50,516 nt of DNA, from positions 1 through 50,516 of the forward strand of contig CAZAPM010000015.1 of NCBI GenBank assembly GCA_964487475.1. Direction: 5' to 3'. A model generated the notes under the pieces. It made no database searches. It was not told where the DNA came from and was given only the letters and a program-made list of their open reading frames with translations. Positions 36,801 to 48,800 of the stretch are shown one piece after another (positions within the stretch are counted from its first letter, which is position 1; each line of letters starts with the position of its first letter). This DNA is from an uncultured Planctomycetales bacterium (lineage in GTDB: Bacteria; Omnitrophota; Gorgyraeia; Gygaellales; Profunditerraquicolaceae). Made by a program: the position numbers and the translations under genes.

Positions 36801-39800
36801 ATATTCCTCGGTCACGGTCAATGCCAGGGCTTCCCTGGCCAGCGCCAGACCTATCTCGACGGCTGAGTACTCGCCCTGCAGTATCCCCGATGCGATCGAC
36901 CTGGCCAACGCTTCCTTCTCCTGCAAAGACGATGCCGCACGTACCTTTTTTGCAGCCGATACCGCCCGCTCCATCCCCGCATTATCCGAAGGCTCCGTCG
37001 TTGCGCAGATCGCCGCAGCCGCGACCGCCGCGCCTGCCCATCCGGCCAGAACCGCTCCCAGCGCCAGCGGCAGATACTTCCAAAGTTGCCCGGGGAGCAC
37101 CCGCACGAACATCCTGATCACCCTGACGGTCTCTTCGCGCAGGGTGCCTACGGCCGGGACAAAAGGAGGGTTCTCCTTATGCAGCATCGCCAGGTAGCGG
37201 ACAGCGCTGTTGCGGCTCGCCGGATCCGATGAATTCAACGAACTCCACATCCGTTCCTCGATCAGCCCGGGATAAAGATATCGCAACTGGGAATGCAGGA
37301 GCTCCTTGCGCACATCTTCGCTCCGCGTCAGATACGGCGTAATGATCGCATGATATACGAGGGGCTCTATGCACATGCGGGAGATCAGGAATAACGTCAC
37401 GGCCATATGCGCCAGGCCGGCCGCCGCAACTGCGTAGGGGAGGAACCATGCGCCCAGCAGGCTCGCCACCGGAACGACCAGAATCAGTGCGGACAGGGTG
37501 ATCAGCAGCTTCGCCTGGCTGAAGCAGAACGCCAGTCTTTCGCGCACGGTGCTTCCCGGCGCCTGAGGATAATGCAGCAGGTGCCAGGCCAGCTGGATCC
37601 CGGCGAGCCGCAAGGCATGCTCAAGAGAGAACCCGAACGGCAGCCCGAGAAGGAGTATCAGCGCCAGATCCGCCGCGGCCATGAATGCCACCGATTCGAC
37701 CAGCGACGGCGCCGCCACCCATCCGACGAAGATCCCGTACTGCTGCTTAAAGGACTGGTACCATTCCCTCATCCACGGCCACATCCCGGCGCACGCCGCC
37801 AGGGTGATCTCATCCAGATGCCGCAGCGCGTTCCCGACCGCCCGTTTTTCCGCCCCCTCCTGCAGCGTCGCTTCCCGGTCTGCGAGCGCCTGGCGCGCCG
37901 CCTGCTGTTGCGCCGGCGTGAAGAAATGCTCCGGCTCAGCCAGCATCAGGCCCTCTGCCGCTTCCAGAAGTTTTTCCGGGTCATTGCTCTGCCGGATATT
38001 CTTGATGTAGTACACGATGGTCAGATTGATCAGCGCCTGCTGCAGCAACTGGCGGCACTCGGCATCCTCCGCGGAAAGAGCGGTCTCTTCGTGGTAAAAA
38101 GCCAACTGCGCCTGCACCGCCTCGATACAGGAGACCACCGGCCGCGCATCGCAAAAATGATTCTCGTTGACCGTGATCAGTACCCGCGCGATCTCTCCCG
38201 TTTTCTCGGGATTGGCGTTGCAAAAGCTCCATGAGATATGGTGCAGCAGAAGAATGGTCAGCCAGCGGTACGCCGCCTTGATCCGGTAGTAATACAGGTT
38301 GACCTCCCCGAAGGATCCGGACTCGGGGACGATCTCCAGCCGCAGCCGCAGATAGCGCATCCACCTGACCAATGCGCCCGGGACCTCGAAATCCCCTATC
38401 CCTGTCTGCCGGATGGAATCGATCAGTTCGAAGTGGCTTATGGAAACGCCGTGGTACGGCGCATCATCGGCTTCCGGAGGGAATTGCGGGAGTTTGGAAT
38501 GACGGTATGCGCACATCCCGGCGAGCCCGAAAACCAGACCTGCCGCCGCAGCGGGTAGCCACCAGGCGGCAAGCACCGCCACGGTAAGGATCGCCAGCGG
38601 ATGGATCAGCCTGCCGAATCGCGCCTTGACCGGCGCAGGTATTTTCTTATGCCGCAACACCGCACGCACTGCCTCAACCAGGGTCGCGGAAGAGCTAAGG
38701 GTCAGGGAAAGCCTGCGGCGGGAAGGATAATACCTGGCCTGCGCTCTTTTTCCGGCGAAACGCACCCGGCACTCCACCGTGCACTCTTCGCCGGAGATCG
38801 CCCGGACTTCATCATGCCATGGCGCGTACGTTCGCGTCGGATACCTGTACTCTGCCGAAGTATCATTCAACCAGGCTGAGGCGGCGTCAAAAGGGATCCC
38901 GGCGCCGCGAAGTTCCTGCAGCGCGTCCATTGGATCGGTTTTGCCCCTGTACACCAGCGAAAGCACTTCCTGCGCCTTTGCCGCCCTCTGCGGATCGAGA
39001 CCATCCACCCCGAACGCTCTCAAAAGCTTGGAAACGATAACACCATCGGGATACTGCCTGCGGCCGGCTTCGGCGAGTACCCGGTCGAGATCACGGACAG
39101 GCTTAAAAGGCCGGAACTCCCTCTCCGCCATCTCCCTTACCACAGAAGCAGCAGAATGGTTGGTCTGCACCCTCCCGATGATCCTCTTGGCTGCTGCCTG
39201 GAACGCCTCCGTAATGGAAGGTCCTCCCACCGTCGCGGCAAGCAACAACCAGGTGCCGGTCAAAGGCAGATACTGCAGCAGCAGATAGAGCGCATACACT
39301 GAAGCCGAGGCAAAAGCAACCACACCCGCGGCCAGCACAGCCAATCCGGCCAAACGGGATACGCCCGCCGCTCCCGTCGCACACGAAGGATCCTTAATCC
39401 TCCGCAATACCGCAGAGAACGACCGGCTGTCGAACACGGCATCGGCGGACATATCCTTCTTCCAGACCTCCTCCATAGGCATCCCCTCGAGCGGCCGCGA
39501 CCCATGTGCCTTACTCCGGACATAAAAGAAATGGTATGGAAGACCGGTATATATCTCCCGGGCGTTCAAGTCGTTGAAAAGCGGCCATTTTGCGAGTATA
39601 TCCTCTGCCGTGACGATCTCCATCCGCCGCATGCCGCTTTCCCGGGCATAATCCTCCAATGCCATCAGGAGCACTCCGGCCCAATCCTGATACTTCCGGC
39701 GCATGCCGTTATGAAGATGATGCACCACGTCGGTCTGCATCTCCGTCACCACCAAAGTATCATGCATCCGGTAGAAGCGCGCGTACGCCAACACCCCCTT

Positions 39801-42800
39801 GACGTGCATACCCGACACTACCCGGCTTCCGGCCTGTGCCGCCACCGTATCCCACTCCGGCTGCGCAAGGTACACCCCCAGCACATAGCTTTTCTGCTTA
39901 TCTGCGCCCACCTGGTGGTAACAATACGGCCGTACCGCGAAACGGCAGTCAAAAAGCCGCACCCCTGCCTGCGCATGGAGATTACGCAGGCTCTGAGAAC
40001 GGGATATGTCCTGGATCATCTGCCGCAGGATGCTTTCGTCGAAGTAGGGATACCGGCCCAGAAGCTCCTCGATCATCCCGGAGGCGCCGTTCCAATGGGG
40101 ATAGGCCGCCATGATGGCTTTACGCAACTGCCGGCGGGTAAATGATACCGGCCGCACTCCGCTGCCTGCAAGCAGACCGCTTAAGACTTCTGCGACTTTC
40201 TCATGCTCCTGCGCAGTGGCATTGAACGCCGCAGACTGCAGTTCAGTCTCATAACGTCCTTGCGCGTATCGCGTTCTCGTCTCTTCCTCTCCCAGCTCTT
40301 TAAGCGACCAGGCGTAATCATCTAATTGGCTGAAATCTTCTACAAGGCCAAGCGCCTTGAGCACATATTCCAGATCAAGTGAATCTGAAAGCCGGATCAC
40401 TTCCCTGACCTGCGGCCAGGAGTACCCCTTCTCAAGAAGACGGACCATTTCTTCAACCGGGAAACGCATCGCCAGCTGATCCACTTCCTGCAAAGGAACA
40501 TTGCCTAATTTGGCTGCTTTTTTAAGGCTTGTCTGATAAAGAGTTACCACATCTTCACCCTTTATCCGAAGCCATTTAAAACTTCTTAATAACTTATTAA
40601 AAGTCTTTAATAAAGTACATGATAATATGTCCGCGCCAACCAGATCATTTGGCCCAATACAACCTCTCGCCTGCCCAAGATGCATATACCCTGATGCGAA
40701 CGGACCAGAGGTCATATGCCAGATCAAAGCACCTTCTCTTGTCCTGCCCACCGGCTTTACGAACAGATTGCGGTCATTATCCCGGAAGGGGCTGTGCGGA
40801 TGATCGACCACGGTCAGGACCTCCCGGAAATTCATTGCGACGCGGAGATACTCCGATGAATCCGACGCCGCACTGATCACGGACTTCTCAAGGGAATGGA
40901 AATAGAGGACCGCCTCAGCGCGATCGATATTCAGCGCCTTCACCCCGGGAAGCTCGCTCACGGACTCCACGACACAGGACTCATCCGCCCGGATATCCGT
41001 GCCGCTGCGCAATATCTCCCAGGTCGCCAGCGAGGACCGGCTCAAAACGGCCTGCCTCTGCAGCTGATACGTACCCCGACCCGCATCAGGCCCCTGATGC
41101 GCTCCTGCCGCAGCCTCGAACAAATGGCCGGGAACGAGCGATAACACCGCCTCATCCAACGCATTCAGCGCAGGATACTCCGGCATCCTTACATCACGCT
41201 TGCACAACGCGGCCTTCTCCCGGTACAACTGATATTTCATGATCCCCAGACCACAGAACACCACAAGCACCAGCGCGACCACGAGCCCGGCCACCACAGG
41301 GAGCAGCACCTTCCAACCGAGCACCAGGACCGTTGTGACCGCAATAACCGTAAGCAGCTTCTGAGACACATATCCGCCGCTCTTCTTGATCGAGGTCGGT
41401 TTATTGGCGTCTATCTTGGCCTTGAGCGACTTATTCATGGCATCGCGCTGCGCGTTAGGGTTCCGGATCTTCTCCGCGAACTTCGCGGCCTTGGTCTTAT
41501 CGATCTCTCCGGTGACCGACGCAGCCTTGGAAACCTTCTCCCTGGCCGGCGACGAACCTTCAGCCTCCGCCCCCGGGATCCTTTCGATCGATATCCTTAC
41601 GCCTGACGTGGCAGGATTAAGCACCAGCACTTCACCGTGCATCGGAGGGTACACCAGCACGCCGCCTGCCAGCACGCTTTTCTCCCTCTCCCGGCTCAAA
41701 GAAACGGCGCTGTTGAAGATCACCTTCCCGGAGTCATCCTTGATCACAAACCCTCCGGCCAGCGGAAAGCGGTACTCGGCACCAGGCTTGAGCACCTTCA
41801 CCCCGTTGCTTCCGTTCGTGAATTTCATGACCGCAACTGCCGCTGCCAGCAGTGCGATCAACACCGCCGCGCCGATCGCCAGCGTCGTAAAAGAAATAGC
41901 TCCCAGCACCGGCGACGGGAAATAGACGACTGCTGCGGCGGACGCAAGCCCCCACCAGCCACGGAAGGAAGACTGCGTTCCCTTGGAAACGTTCCGCAGC
42001 AGCCGTACACCCGGTCTTTCATGAACGCCGAAAACCATCCCTCCTACCAGCGCCATGAAAGGTATCAATCCTAATCGCGTACCCAGCAAGGTAAGCACGG
42101 GAGAGATAATATAGGTAAAGCCTCCCAGGAACACGAACCCGATGAAGACGAACATGCCGACCATATCCGCGGTCCGGCTGTAACACTTCGAGAACAGCAT
42201 CGCGGCAGCCATGCGCGAACCGTCCAAAGGAGGGATCGGCAGCAGGTTGAACAGCACCAGCACGGCATTGACATAGATGAACGCCGACATGAACTGCCCG
42301 GCAGGCACCCCGCACAGCAGCAGCGCGATCCCCAGCAGCGCCAGAAGCGCATTGACCGCCGGTCCGGCGGCGCACACTGCGAACTGCTGCGAACGGGTCA
42401 GGATATCGAAATTGATGGGGATAGGCTTAGCCCAGCCGAACCCGCAGATCGCCGGAAGGAGCAGGGTGCCTACGGGATCGATGTGACGCAGGGGGTTAAG
42501 GGTCAGGCGGCCCATTGCCCGTGCGGTGATGTCTCCGAAACGATCGGCCATATACGCATGCGCGTACTCATGCACCATCAGCGAGGCCAGCGCGACCAGG
42601 AACACCATGATCTTGAGCGGCCAGGCGGCGGTAAAGAATCCGAACCCGAACACGGCGCATGCGCCCGCTGCCCCTGCGAGACGCCTTAACTGCGCCAGGG
42701 TCTCTTCGGAAGTCACCTGCCGCCAGCAGTCATAACGTGTCTCTCCTTCTCCCAGCACGCGGCATTTTGCCTCGGTATCGACGGTAAACGGCTTGCCGCG

Positions 42801-45800
42801 CCTTGCGCGCATCGCGTCCTCAAAAGAGGTGATCTTCGCGGGAGAGATATACCCGTGGTTGCCGCATCCGAAACAACCCTGCGGGACGGCAGGCACCGGC
42901 TTCATCACACCGGCCGCTTCGGGATAGACCAGCGCGTCGGAATGGGTGGATCCGAGCAGCAGGACCATGGAAGGCTTTCCGATGGCGTACGCGAAGTGCG
43001 CGGCAAAACTGTCAACGGTGATACCGGCAACGGTCACCCGCAGCACCTCGGCCAGGGACGCCAGGTCCGCGAATTCGTTGCCCGGGGCAGGCAGGACTCC
43101 TTCGGCTATCGGCGCGGTATTAGGCGCCCGTACTTCATAGATAAGATAATCCTCGCGCAGCCCGGCTACCACGTCCCTCCAGAAATCCTCTTTACCCGGA
43201 GCTTTCTGCGGCATGCGGTTCGCGCTGCCGGCGGCAGTGGTACCCAGCCATACGATCCCCTTCTTGCCTTCGACCCGGGCCCGCTCCACCAGCTGCCGGG
43301 CGCGCTCCCTGCCCTGCTCCGCGGCAGCCGCGCTGCCGGGCCCGAAACGAGCCTCCACGGTGTGCGCGCGGTCCAGGGTGACCGGCTGATTGAACTTGGC
43401 CAGGAGCTCGGCCTCCGCGCGGCGCATCATCGCTTCATAATAATGTATGCGCGCGATATTGGGCAGCGCATCCTGATACCAGGTCAGATCGATGATATCC
43501 TCATCCTTGAATTCCGTCGACTCCAGCGGATGCAGTTGATCGATGAAGCCCAGGGAGCCTTCGCGCGTAAGGTATCCCTCAAGCAGGCCCGACATCTTCA
43601 GAGGCAGCAGCACGTGGACGGGCAGCTGCGGGAACTGCGCATGCAGCGCCTTGAGCGTGCGGGTCGATCCCAGCACGTCCCCGAAGGAATTCGGGAGCTT
43701 GACCACGAGCCGGGTCAAAGGCCGCATCTGGCCGGTTTCCATGACCTTGACGATCGCCCGCGGATTCTCTAAAAGCATCTGTTTCTGCTGCGCATTGACC
43801 GCGACGATCCGGGCGCACACCTCGGTAGAGGCCACCAGCACCCACACCGTATCGGTCACGGACACGACAGGAGAGAACACCACTGCGGAAAATGCCCGGT
43901 ATTCCCCTTCCTGAAAATCGGCGATCACGACCGCAGGCTCGTTATTTGCCTGGCGCGCAGCCACATGCGCTCCGCTTACCAGGGACACCGCATCCAGAGA
44001 CACCGATGCATGCACCTGCAGCAAACGGTACGGCCAGCCCTTCACCCGGCTGAACACAACCCCCTGTTCCTGTGCCATGGGCTCGAGAGTCAAGCCGCCC
44101 TGCACAAGGTGCCGTATCGCAGGAAGCATCCCCTTGAACACGTGCGCGTGGAAATGAGGCACGCTGGCGCCGGCTTTCGGAGCATGCACCGTCACGGTGA
44201 ACATGTCCCCCACCGCCTTCTTGAACACCAGCACGTCCTTCGCGCGCAGCGCATACTCCTGCTCCAGAGGGTCGTCGCTGATAAGCACCATATGATAGCT
44301 TGCCCACGGGTAGAGGTTGGCTACCAGACGATATCCGTTCCCGTTTATTTTTAACCGGCAAATGACCTGTTCCCTCTTGATCCCCGAACAGAATTTGCAT
44401 TCCGCGGGAGTCGCGGGATGACGGATATCCACGACGCGATTTTGCCGGCCCTCATATGCCGCCCGCCATGGGGTAAACGCGACCGAACCGGACAGACCGG
44501 CAACGCCACCCTCAACAGCCGGAAGGGTTATCTCCGTTTCCTCGACCATCATGTTACCTTCGTAATACTGCTGCGGCACAATGGAAGCTCCTGCCTGCAC
44601 TGACGCTTCAACTACCGCACGGTAACGCCCTTCGATGAATGACGCCAGGCTTCCCGCGGGAACGCTCTCCTCCAGTACCACTTGGCCGTGCGAGAACACG
44701 ATCGTCTGGGCGCGCAGGAAGGTAAAAGTATCGGCGCATAAGGCATATACCGCATCGGTGAAGGCGTTGGGACGCTGCCGGAACTCCGCGCGCACCTGGG
44801 CCAGCGGCATTCCGCGGGCGGCGGGGATATTCTCTCCGTCGTTGAGCAGATACGCGAAGAGCGCCACCCATTCATGATTATTCACCAGATCGGAACAGGG
44901 GATCCCCGTTTCCTGAGTGATACGGGTGGCGAAGCGCTGCAACGCCTCCCGTTTGGACTGATCGAAGGTATACGCGAAAAGGGTGTGGTACACCGGCTGA
45001 TATACGAAATGCACCCGCAGGAGAGGATTCTCCTCCTCCCGGACTGCCTCCGCTTCCATCGCCTCGTGCACCTGGCGCAGCAATGATTCCTCCGCATCGG
45101 CGATCGCGGTAAACTCAAACATGGTAAAATGCACCTGGTGATCGTAATCAAGATTCGCGACGCCCGCCACGCGGATAAGCCGATCCGCATCCGGAACAAG
45201 GCCCGTCTTTTCCCTGATCTGGCGCATGGCGGCATCCCGAGCCCGCTCCCCCTCCTGGACGCTTCCGGTCACGGTCAGCGAAGTCGCGGAAGGGAACATG
45301 TATTTGTGCTCCGACCGCTGCTGCCAGGCGACAGAACCGTCGGGATTCACCGCGAGCACGTACACCCCGGCGTGGAAAAGCCCTGCCCGGTGCGCGCGGA
45401 CGTAACTATCCTTGCCCTCGAGCATGGCGCCCTGATGGTCGAAGAGGTCGATCACGGGAGAGCGCACATACTGGTCGACACGGTCCAGGCGCAGGCGCAC
45501 AACCCGGTAATTCTCGGTTGCCCGGCCGCGCACCTCATCCTGCCCGCAGCCGACAAGGCGCTGGTACAACTCCTTGGCCATGAGGTAATAGACGCGCGCT
45601 TTCAGGTAATCCCCGCTGACCAGGAAGCATTCGGCGCTGCGGAAGAGGGAATTCGCCTCGTTCAGCAGCTGCGTGGCATGCGTATGCATCTCCTTCTCGT
45701 CCGCAAAGACATATCCGAGCTCGTGCGCGATAGTACGGTCATCCACCAGCCGGCGGCGCTGTTTGACCCAGTCCGCGGCCATCCCTAAACGCGCCAGCAT

Positions 45801-48800
45801 GTTGGTCTTGGAAAGCGCCTCCGAATCCGACCAGAAGATCGGGGCCTGGATGAAGCGGCATCCGGAATAAAGCGCCAGCAGCAGCCATTCGGTGTCAAAG
45901 GCCCAGCGCTGGTCCTGGGCGTATTTCACGATGCTGCGGATCAGGCCGACGTGGAAAAGCTTGAACCCGCACTGGGTATCCTTGACCTCATCGAGCAGTC
46001 CGCTCAAAAGGTACTCCTTGACCGGCTTCAGTTCCGCGCCGGCCTTCATCTCGTCGCCGCTGACTCCCGGCAGGGAAACCGCCTCCAGGGAAGCCCGGGT
46101 GCCCATGGCTACTGCGCGGGGATCGAGCACCATGGGATAGACCAGTAAGCCGAGCTGGTCCAAACGGGTGGTGATATCGCAATCGGTGTACCCCACCAGA
46201 TCGTGCTCCTTGAATTCCGGAAGCAGCTGCTTCAATCCGTAGAGCAGCGTGCCGCCCTTCTGCATCCCGGGGATGCTCTCCGGCACGCGCAGGACGCGGA
46301 ATTTGCCCGAGCGGACGAAGGGACGGTACAAAGGATCCGCCGAGAGCATCTCCATGGCTACGTCGCTGGTATGGTCCGGGCAGAAATTATCGACCATCAC
46401 CAGCCGGAAATCGAACACATCCCCGTACTGGGCGAACAAACGGTGCAGATGGTTGAGTTTCACGCGCAAGGCATCCTCGCCATGGGGATTCTGTTCGCTC
46501 TTCGGCTGGATCCTCTCCGTCTCCTTGAACACCGCAAAAAAGAGCCATACCGTGACCTTATCCCCCTGGGAACGCAGAAGCTCGGCGGATGCGCGCATGT
46601 TCTTATAGGACGCGGTGATGATCACCTCCGCCCTTCTGGTCTGGTCGGCGGTCATCGGCCACGCACAGTGGATATCCACCGGCACTTCCTCTTCGCCGGA
46701 CGGACGGGGCTGCGCCAGCGCAAAGAAGACCATATCCTCATCGGCGATCGAAGTATATTCGCGGGAGAGATCGAACATGCAGTAGCACGACGCGGCCTCA
46801 CAGCGGTAGATATAATACCCGCTCTGAGAGCTCTCGATATGGGTGGTACTCACGATCGCGCGGCGATTCTCAAAACTGCGCTCCCCGCTTCCCTCGGTAT
46901 GATGCCCCTGCACGAAGACCTTGCCGCCCATGGTCTCCAAACTTGCCAGGAAGCCTGCCCGGCGGATGACGCTGGGTGCGGACTTACGGCCTGCGGCTTC
47001 CGCGGTGCAAGTATTATCCCCCGCCTCGTCCTTGATCCAATCGACGGTAAGCCCCTCGGGATGCTGGGCAAAGGCCACATCTACCAGGGTCGCCTCCGGA
47101 TCGACGGGCAACGCGGAATGCGCGCTGATCACGCCGTTCCCTGCGGCCGCGAGATACGCCAAATGCCCTAACGCCCCGAACACCTCCTCCTGGATCGCCA
47201 ACGCGTACTCCCAGCCGAAACGGGCGATCAGCTCGTGGATGAAATAGGGATTGATCTTGCGGTATCCGAACCTCTGCTGCAGGGCGTCCGCTTTCAGGGC
47301 CGACTCCTCGTGCCACTTCGAAAAATTCCGGATATACCACGCATACGGCTCGAACCGGTCATGATTTCCCGCCAGGAGCGTCACGCTGCGCGGGAACCTG
47401 ACCTTAAGCTCCAGCACCCTGAACACGACCCCGAGATTATTGGTCCCGTTCTGCAAGTAGTCGCCCACGATGACGAGGTGCACCGATGCGGGGTCGGAAG
47501 TTACCCGGTCGAAGAAACGCATCTGCGCCAGCGCCGAATCAAGGGCAACCAGATCCCCGTGCACATCTCCGATCACATACAGCTTTCCCTTGCCCGAGGG
47601 GATATACACCACGTTCCCGCAGCGGAAATACTCTCCCGCGCGGATGTGCTTCAGGGAAGGCGCCAGCCACTCGGGATGCATCGTTTCGCGCTCCGCCTGG
47701 ATGAACTGCCGCGTAAGCTCCCGCATCCTCGCCAGGACCTGCGCTCCGTCCTCCTGGACAAAATAGGACTGCGAGAGCGTCGCAGCCTGCGCCATAAGCG
47801 CCTGCTGCTCATCGGGAGTGGGAACGGGCAAAGGCCGCCCGGAGTGTCCCGGCCCCTCCTCTGCGCGAAGGATCTCCCGCAGCAGCGCGACGGTCTCCCG
47901 CTCGACAAATACCGGGAACCCGCCGCGGAACCCTTCGGAAGCCGCACACGTCTCCAGGGTCGCGATCGCGTCTCCCAGGATACCCAGGGCCACCGAATGC
48001 TGCTCCTTAGCCGTTCCGACTTTCTGCGTCTCCCCGGCCAGCGCGGTATGGGGTGCGACTAACGCATCGAAAAGCGCTCTGATCCTTGCGGGATCCGAAG
48101 ATGAAAGCATCTGCCGCCACAGCCTCGGATCGAGCTGCACCGCGGGATAACGCAACGTAAGGAACTCACCTAACCCCCAGGAGTACATCTTGTACATCAT
48201 GGCGGAGACCTGCGGGGGAAGTACCGTATCCCCTTCTTTCGTAACATAATCACCCGCGGCTGCATCATACCCGAAGTGCCCCTTGGAATTGACATAGTAC
48301 CCTTCCAGGCGCGCCCGCGCAGAGGTATCGTCTCCGGCCGCCTCGCGGACTTTATCAAAGAAGTTCGCCTTGATCTCACCGGGTTCGTTGCTGGTCACCA
48401 GCACGAAACGCACTCCCTGCCCAAGCAACCCGGCGACTTCCTTCGCCATCCCGGGAGAGAGCACTCCGAACGCTCCGGTCAAGGTATCATCCTTGTCGGA
48501 ATACACCACCGAGATCCGCACCAGGGCATCGGGATCGAGATGTGCGGGTAACACGGGGGGCTCTTTCAGGTGCGCGGCCAGCGCTTCAAAAAGGCCGCGA
48601 TACGTCATCGTTCCATGCGCCCGGGAAAGGAGGGAAAGGATATTCTGGGTTGCGGTGAACTTGGACTCGTGCGTATGCCACACGCCGCGGGAAACGGCCT
48701 CCGCAGGCAACTTTGTACCCACAAAGAACCGCAGGTATGCCGCATATCCCGGCATATCTAAGGTAAGGAATGGCAGATCCCCGGCAGAATCTCCGAAACC

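Noticed and set aside
40500..40630. Intergenic promoter or origin in the AT-rich stretch
   Set aside because: The giant frame reads through it without a stop. An internal promoter cannot be excluded but is unsupported.
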